From: Desulfosudis oleivorans
GTDB taxonomy: Bacteria; Desulfobacterota; Desulfobacteria; Desulfobacterales; SURF-7
DNA length: 64,000 bases
Assembly (NCBI GenBank): GCA_020723325.1
Contig: DYJD01000006.1
Span: 143,465-207,464 of the forward strand
Direction of reading: 5' to 3'
A model generated the notes under the pieces. It saw nothing but the letters and a program-made list of their open reading frames with translations. It had not been told where the DNA came from and did not search any database. Both the position numbers and the translations under genes were made by a program. Positions 1 through 10,235 of this stretch are shown here, piece after piece. Positions within the stretch are counted from its first letter, which is position 1; every line of letters starts with the position of its first letter.

Positions 1-1469
1 AGCAAGGGAATCATGGTGAGCAGCAAAGCCGCCGGCGCAAATACATGACCCCACCAGCCGGGTGCTCCCAGGGGTTTGATCTTTTCTAGCAGAACCGGAA
101 AGACTCCATGCAGGACCGCGAACAGCAGGCATAGCAGCAAGGCCTGATTCAACAAATCCGGCGTGAGAAATTCAGTGATCCAAAGGGTCTGCAACAGAAA
201 AACTGCCACCCCGGCCCCCATGTTGATCCAGCGCAGCTTCGGGCGCAGCCAGGCCGCCAAGAGCAAGGCCGCATCCGCCGTAAGTACGATGCCGAACACC
301 TGAAAAGGGTTTTGGGCGATCTGCCGGAAAGGGTAGGCCAACAGGTAAAATGCAAACAATAAGGCCGCGCAAGGCAAAAGCCCGGCGCCGGCGGCAACAT
401 ATTTATCGGCCCTGTCCTTGCGCTGGGTGATCCACAGGGCCGCTGCGAAAAGCAGCACAAAGGCGCAGAACACTCCCTGGGCAGTATGGATTTTAGCGGC
501 ATCAAAAAATTTCGCAACCCAGCCGAATTGCATGACCATGGTGGCCAGGGCCGCCAGCAGGCAAAGATAACCCCAGCGCTTGATCAGAACCAGGGCCAGC
601 AAACCTAGGTCCAGCATGGCAATGTAGCTGAACAGGGCCAGGGGCCGGTCTTCGCCGGTGGACAAAAGCGGCGGGGTGAGAAATCCTCCCAGCATTCCCA
701 GCACGGCCACCACCTGGGCGTCCAGGCGCAAGGACAGCACAAAGGCGGCCACGGTGATCAGCACCATCAGCAGAAAAGCCGCGGAGTTGGGCAGGAGATG
801 ATACAGGGAGCAGGCCGCGAAGATATCGGCATAAAAAATCAGGATGGCGGCGGCGCACAGGGTTTGCACGCTGACGGCATAACGGCTTCTGTCCAGCAAC
901 AATCCAGCGGCCAAAAGGCCGAGACCCAACACCAAGCCCATGGCCACCCGTACCGGCGGGCTGATCAGATTATGCTCAAAAGAATACTTGACGAAAAAGG
1001 CCACCCCTAGAAAAAGCGCCAGCCCCCCCAGCCAGGCGAACAGCTTGGCGCCCATGAACTGCTCCCAGTTCATCGTCACTGGCAATTTGGTGCTTGCCGG
1101 CGGCGGGCCGTCCGAATCCTGGGCAAAATCCATTTCGTCTGAATCATCCAGGGGCAAGGCTTCCTCACTCGCAAAAGCAGGGGGTTCAACAGTAGGAGTT
1201 GCCGTGTCCCGTGCCCCTAACGGTTCCGGAAAATCAGGCAGGGGCGGCGGCGCCATAGGCATCTGATCCCCGACCCGGCTCTCTTCCGGAGTTTGGGCCG
1301 CGGCCTGGTTAGGCCGGCCCCCGGCTTCCAGGGCCCGGATGCGCGCCAGAATTTCAGAAAGCAGGTCATGGTCTTTTTCTACCTGCTTGGCGGTCTTGAC
1401 GATCTTGAACGTCAACCAGATCACCAAGGCCCAAAAAAATAGTGAGTATATTGAGTTGAATGGATACAT
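1..1469 (-). CDS. DUF2339-like polytopic membrane protein (C-terminus runs off the window edge)
   Basis: Absent from the ORF track because it has no stop inside the window. Manual minus-strand translation from the ATG (complement of 1467-1469) gives MYPFNSIYSLFFWALVIWLTFKIVKTAKQVEKDHDLLSEILARIRALEAGG. A Pro/acidic linker follows, then FMGAKLFAWLGGLALFLGVAFFVKYSFEHNLISPPVRVAMGLVLG and many further hydrophobic helices, open to position 1. The architecture matches DUF2339 from memory. Confidence 0.6.
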   Translation of the reverse strand, partial: MYPFNSIYSLFFWALVIWLTFKIVKTAKQVEKDHDLLSEILARIRALEAGGRPNQAAAQTPEESRVGDQMPMAPPPLPDFPEPLGARDTATPTVEPPAFASEEALPLDDSDEMDFAQDSDGPPPASTKLPVTMNWEQFMGAKLFAWLGGLALFLGVAFFVKYSFEHNLISPPVRVAMGLVLGLGLLAAGLLLDRSRYAVSVQTLCAAAILIFYADIFAACSLYHLLPNSAAFLLMVLITVAAFVLSLRLDAQVVAVLGMLGGFLTPPLLSTGEDRPLALFSYIAMLDLGLLALVLIKRWGYLCLLAALATMVMQFGWVAKFFDAAKIHTAQGVFCAFVLLFAAALWITQRKDRADKYVAAGAGLLPCAALLFAFYLLAYPFRQIAQNPFQVFGIVLTADAALLLAAWLRPKLRWINMGAGVAVFLLQTLWITEFLTPDLLNQALLLCLLFAVLHGVFPVLLEKIKPLGAPGWWGHVFAPAALLLTMIPL

Positions 1470-1617
1470 GGGTTGTCCGTAGCGAAGAATCAAATGTTAA
1501 TTTTGTTTAATTACTGGCCGGCGTTCAGTGCTGTCCTGTGCAATATAAACCCCTTTGGCATGGGGATCAACTTGAAACTATATGCAATTCTGGGTAGTCG
1601 CATTTGGATTCTCCGAA

Positions 1618-2283
1618 TCAAGGGCCGGGCTCCGATCGCCCGTCCTTTGATGGATTTTCCATGTGAATTTTATGTTCAGGATACAAAATTTTAACGCATT
1701 CCGGGCAAATTCCATGGCTGAAGGCCGCGGCTGAATGTTCCTGAATATATTTTTCAATCTGATTCCAATAGCCCTTGTCATCTCTGATTTTTTTACAATT
1801 GGCGCAGATGGGTATGATGCCCCGCAAGGTTTTAATTTCGCCCAGGGCCTGTTCCAGGGCCTGATTTTTTTCTTCAATACTTTTAGTATGGGCCAGAATT
1901 CTATCCTCGGCCGCCACCAGACGGGAGCCCACGGCGATGCGGCTGCGCAACTCACCGGTATGCACCGGCTTGGAAAGGAAATCATAGGCGCCCTCATCCA
2001 ACGCTCGGACAATATCGGCCTTTTCTTTTTTGATGGTCAACAGAATCGTGTAGATGAGCGGCCGGCCCACTGACTGGCGCAAGCGCCGGCAGATTTCAAT
2101 CCCTTCCATACCGGGCATGAGCCAATCCAGAATGGCCAGCCGGGGTGGGTCCTCCGCGCTAAGAATCTCAAGGGCCTTTATTCCATCTTCGACCTGAATA
2201 ACGTCATAGCCCCATTTTTCCAGATTCTTTACCAGAGCCAGGCGTGTCATGCCGTCGTCTTCTGCCACAACAATTTTCATCAT
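1618..2283 (-). CDS. Response regulator: receiver domain plus C-terminal Cys/His-rich module
   Basis: The ORF 1618..2463 is trimmed to MMKIVVAEDDGMTRLALVKNLEKWGYDV, which is preceded by GGAGGTGGG. It has a REC domain (DWLMPGMEGIE, conserved K in LSKP). The C-terminus reads LRGIIPICANCKKIRDDKGYWNQIEKYIQEHSAAAFSHGICPECV. It starts 88 nt downstream of the kinase stop. Confidence 0.85.
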   Translation of the reverse strand: MMKIVVAEDDGMTRLALVKNLEKWGYDVIQVEDGIKALEILSAEDPPRLAILDWLMPGMEGIEICRRLRQSVGRPLIYTILLTIKKEKADIVRALDEGAYDFLSKPVHTGELRSRIAVGSRLVAAEDRILAHTKSIEEKNQALEQALGEIKTLRGIIPICANCKKIRDDKGYWNQIEKYIQEHSAAAFSHGICPECVKILYPEHKIHMENPSKDGRSEPGP

Positions 2284-2371
2284 CCCACCTCCGGCACATG
2301 TTCCCGCTTCTGCATTGCATGGAATCCCAATCCTCGGATTGACATCCTGCTTTGCCGGCAATAGTTGTTTC

Positions 2372-5300
2372 TCACTTTCTTTGGGCGCATAATGTCCTCC
2401 AATCAGTATCAAGAAGCGCCTGCTCCAATAATTGCATCTGATCTTCCAAAAGGGTGAAGTCAACAGTGTCCGGAATGAATTTTCCTTTTTGGATCATGGT
2501 TTCAATTTCCGTCAGGATCATTTGCAGTTTTTCACCGCCGGCATTGGCTGCCAGTCCTTTTAGTCTATGGGATCTTTTATAAGTCAGATCCGCATCATCT
2601 GTTTCAATGGCTGCCCGTAATTCTTGGAGATAGCGCCGGGCATCCCCCATGAATTCATCAATCAGCGCTTGAAGGATATCCGGGTCACATCCACTGATAT
2701 CCAGCAGGTTTTCAACATTAAGGACTTTTTCTTCATCTGCATTACGCGGTGATTCGTGCCTTATGCTGCTTTTGGTTTCAACCGATGGCTTTGGGGGACA
2801 ATATTTTAATACGACTTGTCGCAAGGCTTCAGATTGAATGGGTTTGGCGATATAATCGTTCATCCCGGCTTCAAGACAGCGCTCCCGATCCCCCTGCATG
2901 GCCAAAGCGGTCATGGCGATGATGGGGACAGGCTGCCGGCCTTTTTCCCTTTCTCGAATCAAGCGGGTGGCTTCAAAGCCATCCATGACCGGCATATGAA
3001 TGTCCATCAGGATCATATCGCAGGGCATGGTTTCAGACAGCGCAACCGCCTCTTTGCCGTTTTGGGCGACAATGACGCTGCAACCGCAATGCTTGAGAAT
3101 TTCCATGGCCACGCGCAGATTCATGTTGTTGTCCTCCACCAAAAGAACCTGGGCCGTGATTTTGCTTTCCGGTTGTGCTGGATGCTCGGGCGCCATTTCT
3201 TTGGGTTCCAGCGGTTGGTTCAGAAGCTTCCATCGCCATACTTTTGCCAGGGTTTCCAAAAGGGACATAAGTCGGATGGGCTTATTCAGGGTTGCAGAAA
3301 AAAGGCTGCCGACCCCGCTCTTAAGTTCATTTTCCGGCCTTAAGGATGAAAGCAGGATTAAAGTCGTATTCGAAATCCGCGGATCATCTTTGATCATGCG
3401 GGCCAAATCCGGTCCATCGATTCCAGGCATGCAATAATCCAGAAGCGCCATGTCAAACGGATTACCGGCTGCAGCGGCGCCATGCAATTTTTCAACAGCT
3501 TCCGAAGCTGAAATAGCGCTCTCACAAGGAATGGAACGAAGCGCCAGATATTCTGCGACAATTTCCCGATTCAGGCTGTTATCGTCCACGATCAAAACGG
3601 TAACACCCGAGAGATCATCCGTGGGGGCCGCGGCCGGCGCACCCCGGCTCACCGGGCGCAGATCCAAATAAAATGAAAAGATCGAGCCTTTACCCATCCG
3701 GCTTTTCACCCAAATCTTTCCCCCCATTATCTCCACCAATTGGTGACAAATGGCCAAGCCAAGTCCGGTACCACCGTAACGCCGCGTTGTGGATTCATCC
3801 GCCTGGGAGAAATGCTGAAAAATGTCGTTCATTTTCTCCTCAGGGATTCCGATGCCTGTATCGGCAATTGAAAACTGAAGGCGGCATTGGTCATTCCCGC
3901 GCTCTTCCAGCATCACTTCCATCAGAACATGGCCGCTTTCCGTGAATTTCACGGCATTGCCGGCCAGATTTAAAAGAATTTGGCGGATGCGGGTGGGATC
4001 ACCCCAAAAATCATCCGGTATGCCGGGTGGATACTTGACGATTATTTCAATGTTTTTGCCCTGTGCGCGTAGACCCAGTATCTGACCGATCTGTTCCACG
4101 ATCTCACGCAGGTTAAAAGGAACTTGCTCAATTGCGAGTTTGCCGGCCTGAATTTTCGAAAAATCAAGAATGTCATTGAGAACGGTCAGCAGCATGCCGG
4201 CTGAATCCGAGATGGCGGTTACATAATCTTTTTGTTTGGCCGAGAGTTCCGTGCTCATCAGCAACTCGGCCATTCCAACCACCGCATTCATGGGCGTGCG
4301 GATCTCATGACTCATATTTGCCAGGAATTCACTTTTGGCCGTATCCGCCTTCCTGATTCTTCGATTCAGCACTGCCAAGCGCCGATTCCAATAAAATAAG
4401 GCGCCCAGGAATATGGCCACACCTGCCATGATTTTCCACAGCAGCAGATAATCGAACTTTCTTTCATACTGCATCGTGATCCAATGGTTGTAAATTTCCT
4501 GGCGCTCTTTCTCTGTGATGGATTGCACCGCTTTTTGAATGATGTTGAACAGTACGGGATTGTCGTTGCGAACGGCAACACATAATGAATAGTAATCGCT
4601 TAAGGCGCCATTGATTTTCACATCAAACAGGCCCATTTTGGCAATCTCGTAATTCAAGGTGGCAGCCATATCCAAAATCCCGAAAACCTCTCCGCTTCGG
4701 ACCTTTTGAAGGCCTTCTTCCATATTTTGCACTTCAATCAAGTGGATCTGCGGGTGGCGTTGTCGCAGAATCTCTACAAAAGAAAAGCTTTTAATAATCG
4801 CCAGCTTTTTATCCAGGATTTGCTCCATTCTTTCCACAAAGGGTTGGTCGTTGCGCGTGGCAATGACCAAAGGAAACTCCAGCAGCGGCGGTGAAAAATT
4901 CAGATATTCCTTTCGACCCGGAGTTTCCATGACCAGCGGGAGAATATCGCATTTTCGCTTTAGGGCGAAATCAAGGCTTTCACTCCAGGTGCGAGTGGGC
5001 ACCACTTCTATGTCCTTTCCAGTCCGTTTGCCTATTAAGGCCATCAGATCCGCCCCGATCCCGGTATATTCGCCCTTTTGATTCAGGCCTTCAATGGGCA
5101 TCCATTGCGGATCCACACAAATCCGAAAAGGACCGCTCTGATTCATATAATCGGCTTCTTCCAGAGTGAGCCGGATCATTTGAATTCCCAATCTCTTTCC
5201 AAACCATTTTTCTTCCAATTTCTGGATTTCCTCAGGTGGAATGGAGATCAGGGCATTTTCAAAAAGCCTGTAAAGGATGGGCCAGTCTTTGCGAATCGCG

Positions 5301-6091
5301 ATGTGATAGGCTTTGGGCGAGCCGCGCTCGTATTCTTTAAAACTGCCTGATAATTTCAGATCGGTAAATAAATATTTTTGAATAAAATATCCGGCCACGG
5401 CTTCCAATTCCAAAGTCGCATCGGCCTTTTCCCGATCCACGGCTTGAAAGGCGTCCTGGACGCTCGGCAAACTGAGGATATGAATACGGGGGTGATGCTC
5501 CTTAAAATACCCTTCAAAGGCCCAGCCCTTGGGCAATGCCAAGATTTTCCCTTCCAATTGGTCGACATGGTTGATCTCAGGGGAATCCTTGCGAATGATG
5601 AATCTGTTCTTACCACTATAGATGGGTTTGGTGAACAAGCCGTAAGCTTCACGCGCCTCGGTTTTGTAAATGGGATGGATGACATCTATCTTCCGATCTT
5701 GAAATAATTTCAGTAATTCATCCCAGGTATATCCATTAATATATTCCACCTTGATACCCATGCGTTGTGCTGCCAGATTGATCAGGTCAACGGAAAATCC
5801 TTGGGCTTGACCGTTTACGGCAAAATCAAAGGGCGGGTAATCCGTTTCATTGGAAACGCGGATGATGGGATGAGCTTGTAGGAAATTCCTTTGCTCCGGC
5901 GTTATCGGCAAGGCTGAATCCGGCGTGAAGTCCTTTTCCCCTGCCCACAGGGAGATGGGGACCCAGCAAAGGAATAAAAAGATCATCCGCCATCTGGTAG
6001 TATATAATGCCGGCATTTGCTCAACCGCCTTGCAAAGGATTTCTCTTAGAACACGTGTTGCGAGCCCAATTGAATAACGACGGCAAAGCAA
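2372..6091 (-). CDS. Hybrid sensor histidine kinase (BvgS/EvgS-like): 2 periplasmic solute-binding domains, TM, HisKA, HATPase, 2 REC, Hpt
   Basis: 1239-aa ORF. It has two SBP_bac_3-like blocks, a TM segment ([20 protein letters not shown]), an H-box ([16 protein letters not shown]) and a G2 box (GGTGLGLAI). Two receivers follow ([21 protein letters not shown]; [21 protein letters not shown]), then Hpt ([13 protein letters not shown]). An alternative start at 6016 (MPALYTTRW) is possible. Confidence 0.9.
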   Translation of the reverse strand: MLCRRYSIGLATRVLREILCKAVEQMPALYTTRWRMIFLFLCWVPISLWAGEKDFTPDSALPITPEQRNFLQAHPIIRVSNETDYPPFDFAVNGQAQGFSVDLINLAAQRMGIKVEYINGYTWDELLKLFQDRKIDVIHPIYKTEAREAYGLFTKPIYSGKNRFIIRKDSPEINHVDQLEGKILALPKGWAFEGYFKEHHPRIHILSLPSVQDAFQAVDREKADATLELEAVAGYFIQKYLFTDLKLSGSFKEYERGSPKAYHIAIRKDWPILYRLFENALISIPPEEIQKLEEKWFGKRLGIQMIRLTLEEADYMNQSGPFRICVDPQWMPIEGLNQKGEYTGIGADLMALIGKRTGKDIEVVPTRTWSESLDFALKRKCDILPLVMETPGRKEYLNFSPPLLEFPLVIATRNDQPFVERMEQILDKKLAIIKSFSFVEILRQRHPQIHLIEVQNMEEGLQKVRSGEVFGILDMAATLNYEIAKMGLFDVKINGALSDYYSLCVAVRNDNPVLFNIIQKAVQSITEKERQEIYNHWITMQYERKFDYLLLWKIMAGVAIFLGALFYWNRRLAVLNRRIRKADTAKSEFLANMSHEIRTPMNAVVGMAELLMSTELSAKQKDYVTAISDSAGMLLTVLNDILDFSKIQAGKLAIEQVPFNLREIVEQIGQILGLRAQGKNIEIIVKYPPGIPDDFWGDPTRIRQILLNLAGNAVKFTESGHVLMEVMLEERGNDQCRLQFSIADTGIGIPEEKMNDIFQHFSQADESTTRRYGGTGLGLAICHQLVEIMGGKIWVKSRMGKGSIFSFYLDLRPVSRGAPAAAPTDDLSGVTVLIVDDNSLNREIVAEYLALRSIPCESAISASEAVEKLHGAAAAGNPFDMALLDYCMPGIDGPDLARMIKDDPRISNTTLILLSSLRPENELKSGVGSLFSATLNKPIRLMSLLETLAKVWRWKLLNQPLEPKEMAPEHPAQPESKITAQVLLVEDNNMNLRVAMEILKHCGCSVIVAQNGKEAVALSETMPCDMILMDIHMPVMDGFEATRLIREREKGRQPVPIIAMTALAMQGDRERCLEAGMNDYIAKPIQSEALRQVVLKYCPPKPSVETKSSIRHESPRNADEEKVLNVENLLDISGCDPDILQALIDEFMGDARRYLQELRAAIETDDADLTYKRSHRLKGLAANAGGEKLQMILTEIETMIQKGKFIPDTVDFTLLEDQMQLLEQALLDTDWRTLCAQRK

Positions 6092-6455
6092 GTCATCAGA
6101 AAAAAGGAACGTGATTTCAGATTATTGGATTTTATCCAAAATAATTTAGGGCGTCAATCACTATCTTCCCGGTCTTGATATAGCCTTGACACCTCCATAG
6201 TCATGGCCTACCATTTCGCCATGATTAATATCAATGTCCAAAACCCCTCACCCATAAGCGCCGCTGAGATTGCATGCGCGACAGAGCGAGGACGAATCGA
6301 GCTCGATCATCTTTGGAAGATTGTGAATGCCATCTGGTAGATGCAGACTTTCGACAAACTGATGAGGAAAATACATGGATGACCTTCAACGTGAAAAAAG
6401 TCTGGGCTTTGATTTTGAATATCTGAAGGAAAGCAACAAGCCCTTTTAATTAAGC

Positions 6456-8219
6456 TCAAATGGTCTGGGGCGACCGTTTCTCATGGACCACAGCGAGTTT
6501 CCCCTTGAGATAGAGCTCATGGTAATACCGCCGCCGCGGCTTGCCGCTGGAGGTCTTTTCGAGACTCCGCGGCTCCACGAACACCACGGATCGCAACGAC
6601 AGGCCATGCCCGGCTGAAACGGCCCCCTGGATGTTTTTTACAGCCGCGGCCCAGAACTCATCCATGGACTCCGCTCCCGTTCCCCCGGAATTGGCCTGGA
6701 CAGGAAGCTTGCGGTCATCCACTTCCGCAATAATGACCAGTTCTTCGACACCGTCGATCCGTTCAGAAATGGCTGCGCAAGCCCCTGGTCGAACCGGAGC
6801 GCCGGACTCCTGGACAGTGAGCTCGATGTCGCCCGGGTAGTGGTTTCGTCCGGCGATGATAATCAGGTCTTTCAATCGACCGGTTATATAAACCTCTCCA
6901 TCCGCAACAAAGCCCAAGTCGCCGGTGCGCAGAAAGGGCCCCTCGTTCGTGTCGGCCAAGTGCCCCTTAAATGTGGCCGCGGATTCCTCCGGCAGGCCCC
7001 AGTATTCGCCGGGCACACTGGGGCCTTGCACCCACAGCTCGCCGACTTGATTGGAATTGCATGGCGTGAGCGTCATCGGGTCCACGGCGATTATCCGGTG
7101 GCCGTATCCTGGTTTTCCGCAGCTTACAACACTACGTTCGGCGGGCTCATTTTCAGCCAGTATGCGGACACTGTGAATCTCCAAATCCGCTGCGCTCAGC
7201 CGAAGTACCTTGGGCGGCTCGGACAGTGACTTCATCCCGGCCACAAACAGCACGGACTCCGCCATGCCGTAACAGGGCATAAAGGTTTGCGGCCGAAATC
7301 CGTATGGTTCGAACTTTTTGATGAATTTTTCCATCGTCTGCGGAAGGACGGGCTCCCCGCCATTTCCCGCTACCAGCCAATGACTCAAATCAAGGCCTTT
7401 GCATTCTTCGGATTTGATCCGCCGCGCCGAATACTCGTAACCGAAGTTCGGACAGGCGGTGTTGGCGATTTTATAGTGACTGATCGCGCGCAGCCACCGC
7501 ACCGGCTTTATCAGAAAATCCATGGGTGACATCAGGGTGGACTCAAAGCCGTAATACACCGGACCCAGAATGTGCCCCACCAGGCATAAATCGTGGTAAT
7601 GGGGCGCCCACACAATCGCCGGTTGTGTTGATTTAATGCGCAGCATCTGGCCCATCACGCGGAGATTCGACACAATATTGGCGTGTTTGATGGCGACCCC
7701 TTTGGGGTGACCGGTGGAGCCGGATGTGAATTGCAAGTAAGCCACCGTGTCCATCTCAGCCGGCGGGCCGGACCAGTCGCTCCCGATACGGTCGGTCACG
7801 GCTCTCAAACAAACGGGCAGTTGGGAGGCTATGGCCGCGACCATTGCTGCCAGATCCGAACTAGTCAGAACCGTCGAAGCCCCGCAGGCCCCGGCGGTTT
7901 TCAGGATTTTACCTAAAGGGTTCTTGCTGTTGGGATTGGGCAGCGGGACAGGAACAGCCCGCGCTCCCGCAAGCAGGCAGCCGTAAAAGGCCTTCACAAG
8001 GTCCAGCCCGGGCGGGAAGGCCAGCATGACACTCGCGCCTGCGAGACCTTGTTCCGTCAAGTCTTCGGCCACTCCGACACTCTGGCGATAGAGTTCGGAA
8101 AAAGTCCATTCTGTAATGGGCCCGTCCACTTCACCGTTGCCCAGGAAACGAAAGGCCAGGTCATCTGCATTTCTCGTTGCCCGTTCCTTCAGAAAATCGG
8201 TAATCGTCAAGTTAATCAT
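6456..8219 (-). CDS. Fatty acyl-AMP ligase (FAAL) / AMP-dependent synthetase
   Basis: 587 aa. Motifs: AYLQFTSGSTGHPKGV (A3), WAPHYHDLCLVGHILGP, PNFGYEY, GDLGF, SSGKPRR. The N-terminal DFLKERATRNADDLAFRFL is typical of FadD32-like FAALs. Confidence 0.85.
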   Translation of the reverse strand: MINLTITDFLKERATRNADDLAFRFLGNGEVDGPITEWTFSELYRQSVGVAEDLTEQGLAGASVMLAFPPGLDLVKAFYGCLLAGARAVPVPLPNPNSKNPLGKILKTAGACGASTVLTSSDLAAMVAAIASQLPVCLRAVTDRIGSDWSGPPAEMDTVAYLQFTSGSTGHPKGVAIKHANIVSNLRVMGQMLRIKSTQPAIVWAPHYHDLCLVGHILGPVYYGFESTLMSPMDFLIKPVRWLRAISHYKIANTACPNFGYEYSARRIKSEECKGLDLSHWLVAGNGGEPVLPQTMEKFIKKFEPYGFRPQTFMPCYGMAESVLFVAGMKSLSEPPKVLRLSAADLEIHSVRILAENEPAERSVVSCGKPGYGHRIIAVDPMTLTPCNSNQVGELWVQGPSVPGEYWGLPEESAATFKGHLADTNEGPFLRTGDLGFVADGEVYITGRLKDLIIIAGRNHYPGDIELTVQESGAPVRPGACAAISERIDGVEELVIIAEVDDRKLPVQANSGGTGAESMDEFWAAAVKNIQGAVSAGHGLSLRSVVFVEPRSLEKTSSGKPRRRYYHELYLKGKLAVVHEKRSPQTI

Positions 8220-8526
8220 GAAAACTCCTTGGTATTATCCATCCAACAGCGCTTTCAACACATCTGCTTCCGATCAAAAGGTTCTTATCATGGAAATCCA
8301 TAGCGTATCCCGAACTGATTCTTGATGAAATAATTTCTGAGTTTGGTCAAGGTTTTTTTTTCGGTTACCTGGGAAATTGATCCGGGTTTGAATTTCCTTC
8401 TCGAGTTCATAAGGATGGTCGTGCCAAAGTAAATTATTCCATGTCTCGATAAGTTTAACTCAATTATGAAATATATATTTTGGCAAACAATATATGTGCA
8501 GATTTCGAGCTAAATAACTTTAAAAA

Positions 8527-8639
8527 TTCAAGAGCCTGATTGTCGAGAAAGGCGAGACCCTGATCAACTGCCTGGCCTATATATCGACCTCAATCCGGTA
8601 CGGGCCGGGCTGGTGTCAAAGCCCGTGGAACACCGATAG
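8527..8639 (+). pseudogene. Remnant of an IS200/RAYT-type (Y1) transposase C-terminus
   Basis: Translation FKSLIVEKGETLINCLAYI, then a 1-nt frame shift, then YIDLNPVRAGLVSKPVEHR*. This matches the conserved ..FKS.lVe....ll.l.rYI.LNPVRAGLV.. motif of REP-associated tyrosine transposase-like proteins. No N-terminal catalytic part is present. Confidence 0.5.
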
Positions 8640-8918
8640 AATTCCATATTATATTTATGCATCGGTCAATGATGTGTTCCACGATAACCATACCGGATTT
8701 TTTACTGCATCCGTTATAGCAGCCCCCGTTCTTTTGCCTGATGCTGGCTTTTGAATCCCGCAAATATTGGTCATACTTGCCGCCGATTTTTTTCCTTTGA
8801 AATCGTTGATGTCCTTCCAATCAAAGGGATTTTTTCAAATGAAAAATCATATCGCAGGTTCCGGAGATCACCACATCGCTGAAATACATTTTGGATTATC
8901 AATTTAAAAATATGGATT

Positions 8919-10235
8919 TTATTGGCTTACTGTGCGCCCGAATTCCGCCCCCTGTTTGAGAAGCGATTCCAAATCCATAGTCAGCAAGGAACGATCTTTT
9001 ACCAGCATTTTGCCGGCCACGAAAACATGGCGGACATCCGCTCCCCGCACGGAATAGACCAGGTGGGAGATTGGGTTGTACATGGGGGTGAGATGGGGCT
9101 TTTGGGTGTCGATGATGATCAGGTCAGCCTGCTTCCCGATTTCCAGGGTACCGATTTCCTGTTCCAATCCCAGGGCTCTGGCGCCGCTGCTGGTGGTCAT
9201 GTCCAGCACTGTCCCGGCATCCAGGCGGGTGGGGTCCAGCAGATAGACCTTGTGCAGCTTGGCAGCGGTATCCATCTCGCTGAACAGATCCAGATCATTG
9301 TTGCTGGCGCAGCCGTCCGTGCCGAGCCCCACTGGAATCCGGGCGGCAAGCATGGCCGCCACCGGTGCGATACCGGCCGCGAGTTTCATATTGCTTTCCG
9401 GATTGTGGGCCACTGCCGCGCCACGGGCGGCGATAAGTTCTATATCACTTTCTTCCAGCCAGACCGCATGAACCAGCAGGGTCTTCGCATCCAGCAACCC
9501 CAGACGGTCCAGATATTGAATCGGCGTGAGCCCGTGTTCAGCCTGAATTTGCTCCTTCTCGGCTTTGGTTTCCGCCACGTGAATTTGAAACAAGAGCCCC
9601 CTTTCGCTTGCCGCGGCTTTGGCTTTTTTCAGGGTGGCGGCGGAACAAGTATAGGGCGAATGGCAGAAAATGGAAGGAGTGATGAGGGCGGATCGGCCGC
9701 GCCATTTGTCACAAAAATCACCCGCTGTCTGAACGTTCTTTCCGGGGTCCGGGACGCCGGGCGCCGGAAAATCGATGACACCGTGGCCCAATACAGCGCG
9801 GATGCCGCTTTCCAAGACCGCTTGCGCCACCGTATCCTCATGAAAATAACCGTCGCAGCAGGTGGTAGTGCCGGACAAAAGCATTTCGGCAATGGACAAA
9901 CGGGTGCCCAGGCCCACGGTTTCCGGATTGATATGTGAGGCTTCGGCCGGAAAGATATGCTCATTAAGCCAGGCCATGAGGGGCAAATCATCGGCCAGAC
10001 CGCGAAAAAGGGACATGGGCAAGTGGGTATGGGTGTTGATGAGACCGGGCATGATGATGCCGCCCCGGGCATCGATGGTTTCGATTGCGGTCCACTCCGC
10101 CATTTCCAGGCCGGAACCTACTGCGGCGATACGCGTACCGGTGATGGCCACGGCGCCGTCCGGTATCCAGGTTGCGGACAAGGCTTTGGGAACAACGATA
10201 CCGTTTTTAATCAGGATGTGTGCTTGGCGGTTCAT
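8919..10235 (-). CDS. mtaD: 5-methylthioadenosine/S-adenosylhomocysteine deaminase-type amidohydrolase
   Basis: The ORF 8919..10343 is trimmed to MNRQAHILIKNGIVV. It carries the amidohydrolase metal motif GLINTHTHLPMSLFRG, then HVAET, and GTDGCASNNDLDLF near the C-terminus. Confidence 0.8.
   Translation of the reverse strand: MNRQAHILIKNGIVVPKALSATWIPDGAVAITGTRIAAVGSGLEMAEWTAIETIDARGGIIMPGLINTHTHLPMSLFRGLADDLPLMAWLNEHIFPAEASHINPETVGLGTRLSIAEMLLSGTTTCCDGYFHEDTVAQAVLESGIRAVLGHGVIDFPAPGVPDPGKNVQTAGDFCDKWRGRSALITPSIFCHSPYTCSAATLKKAKAAASERGLLFQIHVAETKAEKEQIQAEHGLTPIQYLDRLGLLDAKTLLVHAVWLEESDIELIAARGAAVAHNPESNMKLAAGIAPVAAMLAARIPVGLGTDGCASNNDLDLFSEMDTAAKLHKVYLLDPTRLDAGTVLDMTTSSGARALGLEQEIGTLEIGKQADLIIIDTQKPHLTPMYNPISHLVYSVRGADVRHVFVAGKMLVKDRSLLTMDLESLLKQGAEFGRTVSQ

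Noticed and set aside
8590-8820. 76-aa ORF on the minus strand in the A/T-rich region upstream of the FAAL gene.
   Set aside because: It lies antisense to the transposase remnant. It has no SD or recognisable domain and shows non-coding-like composition.
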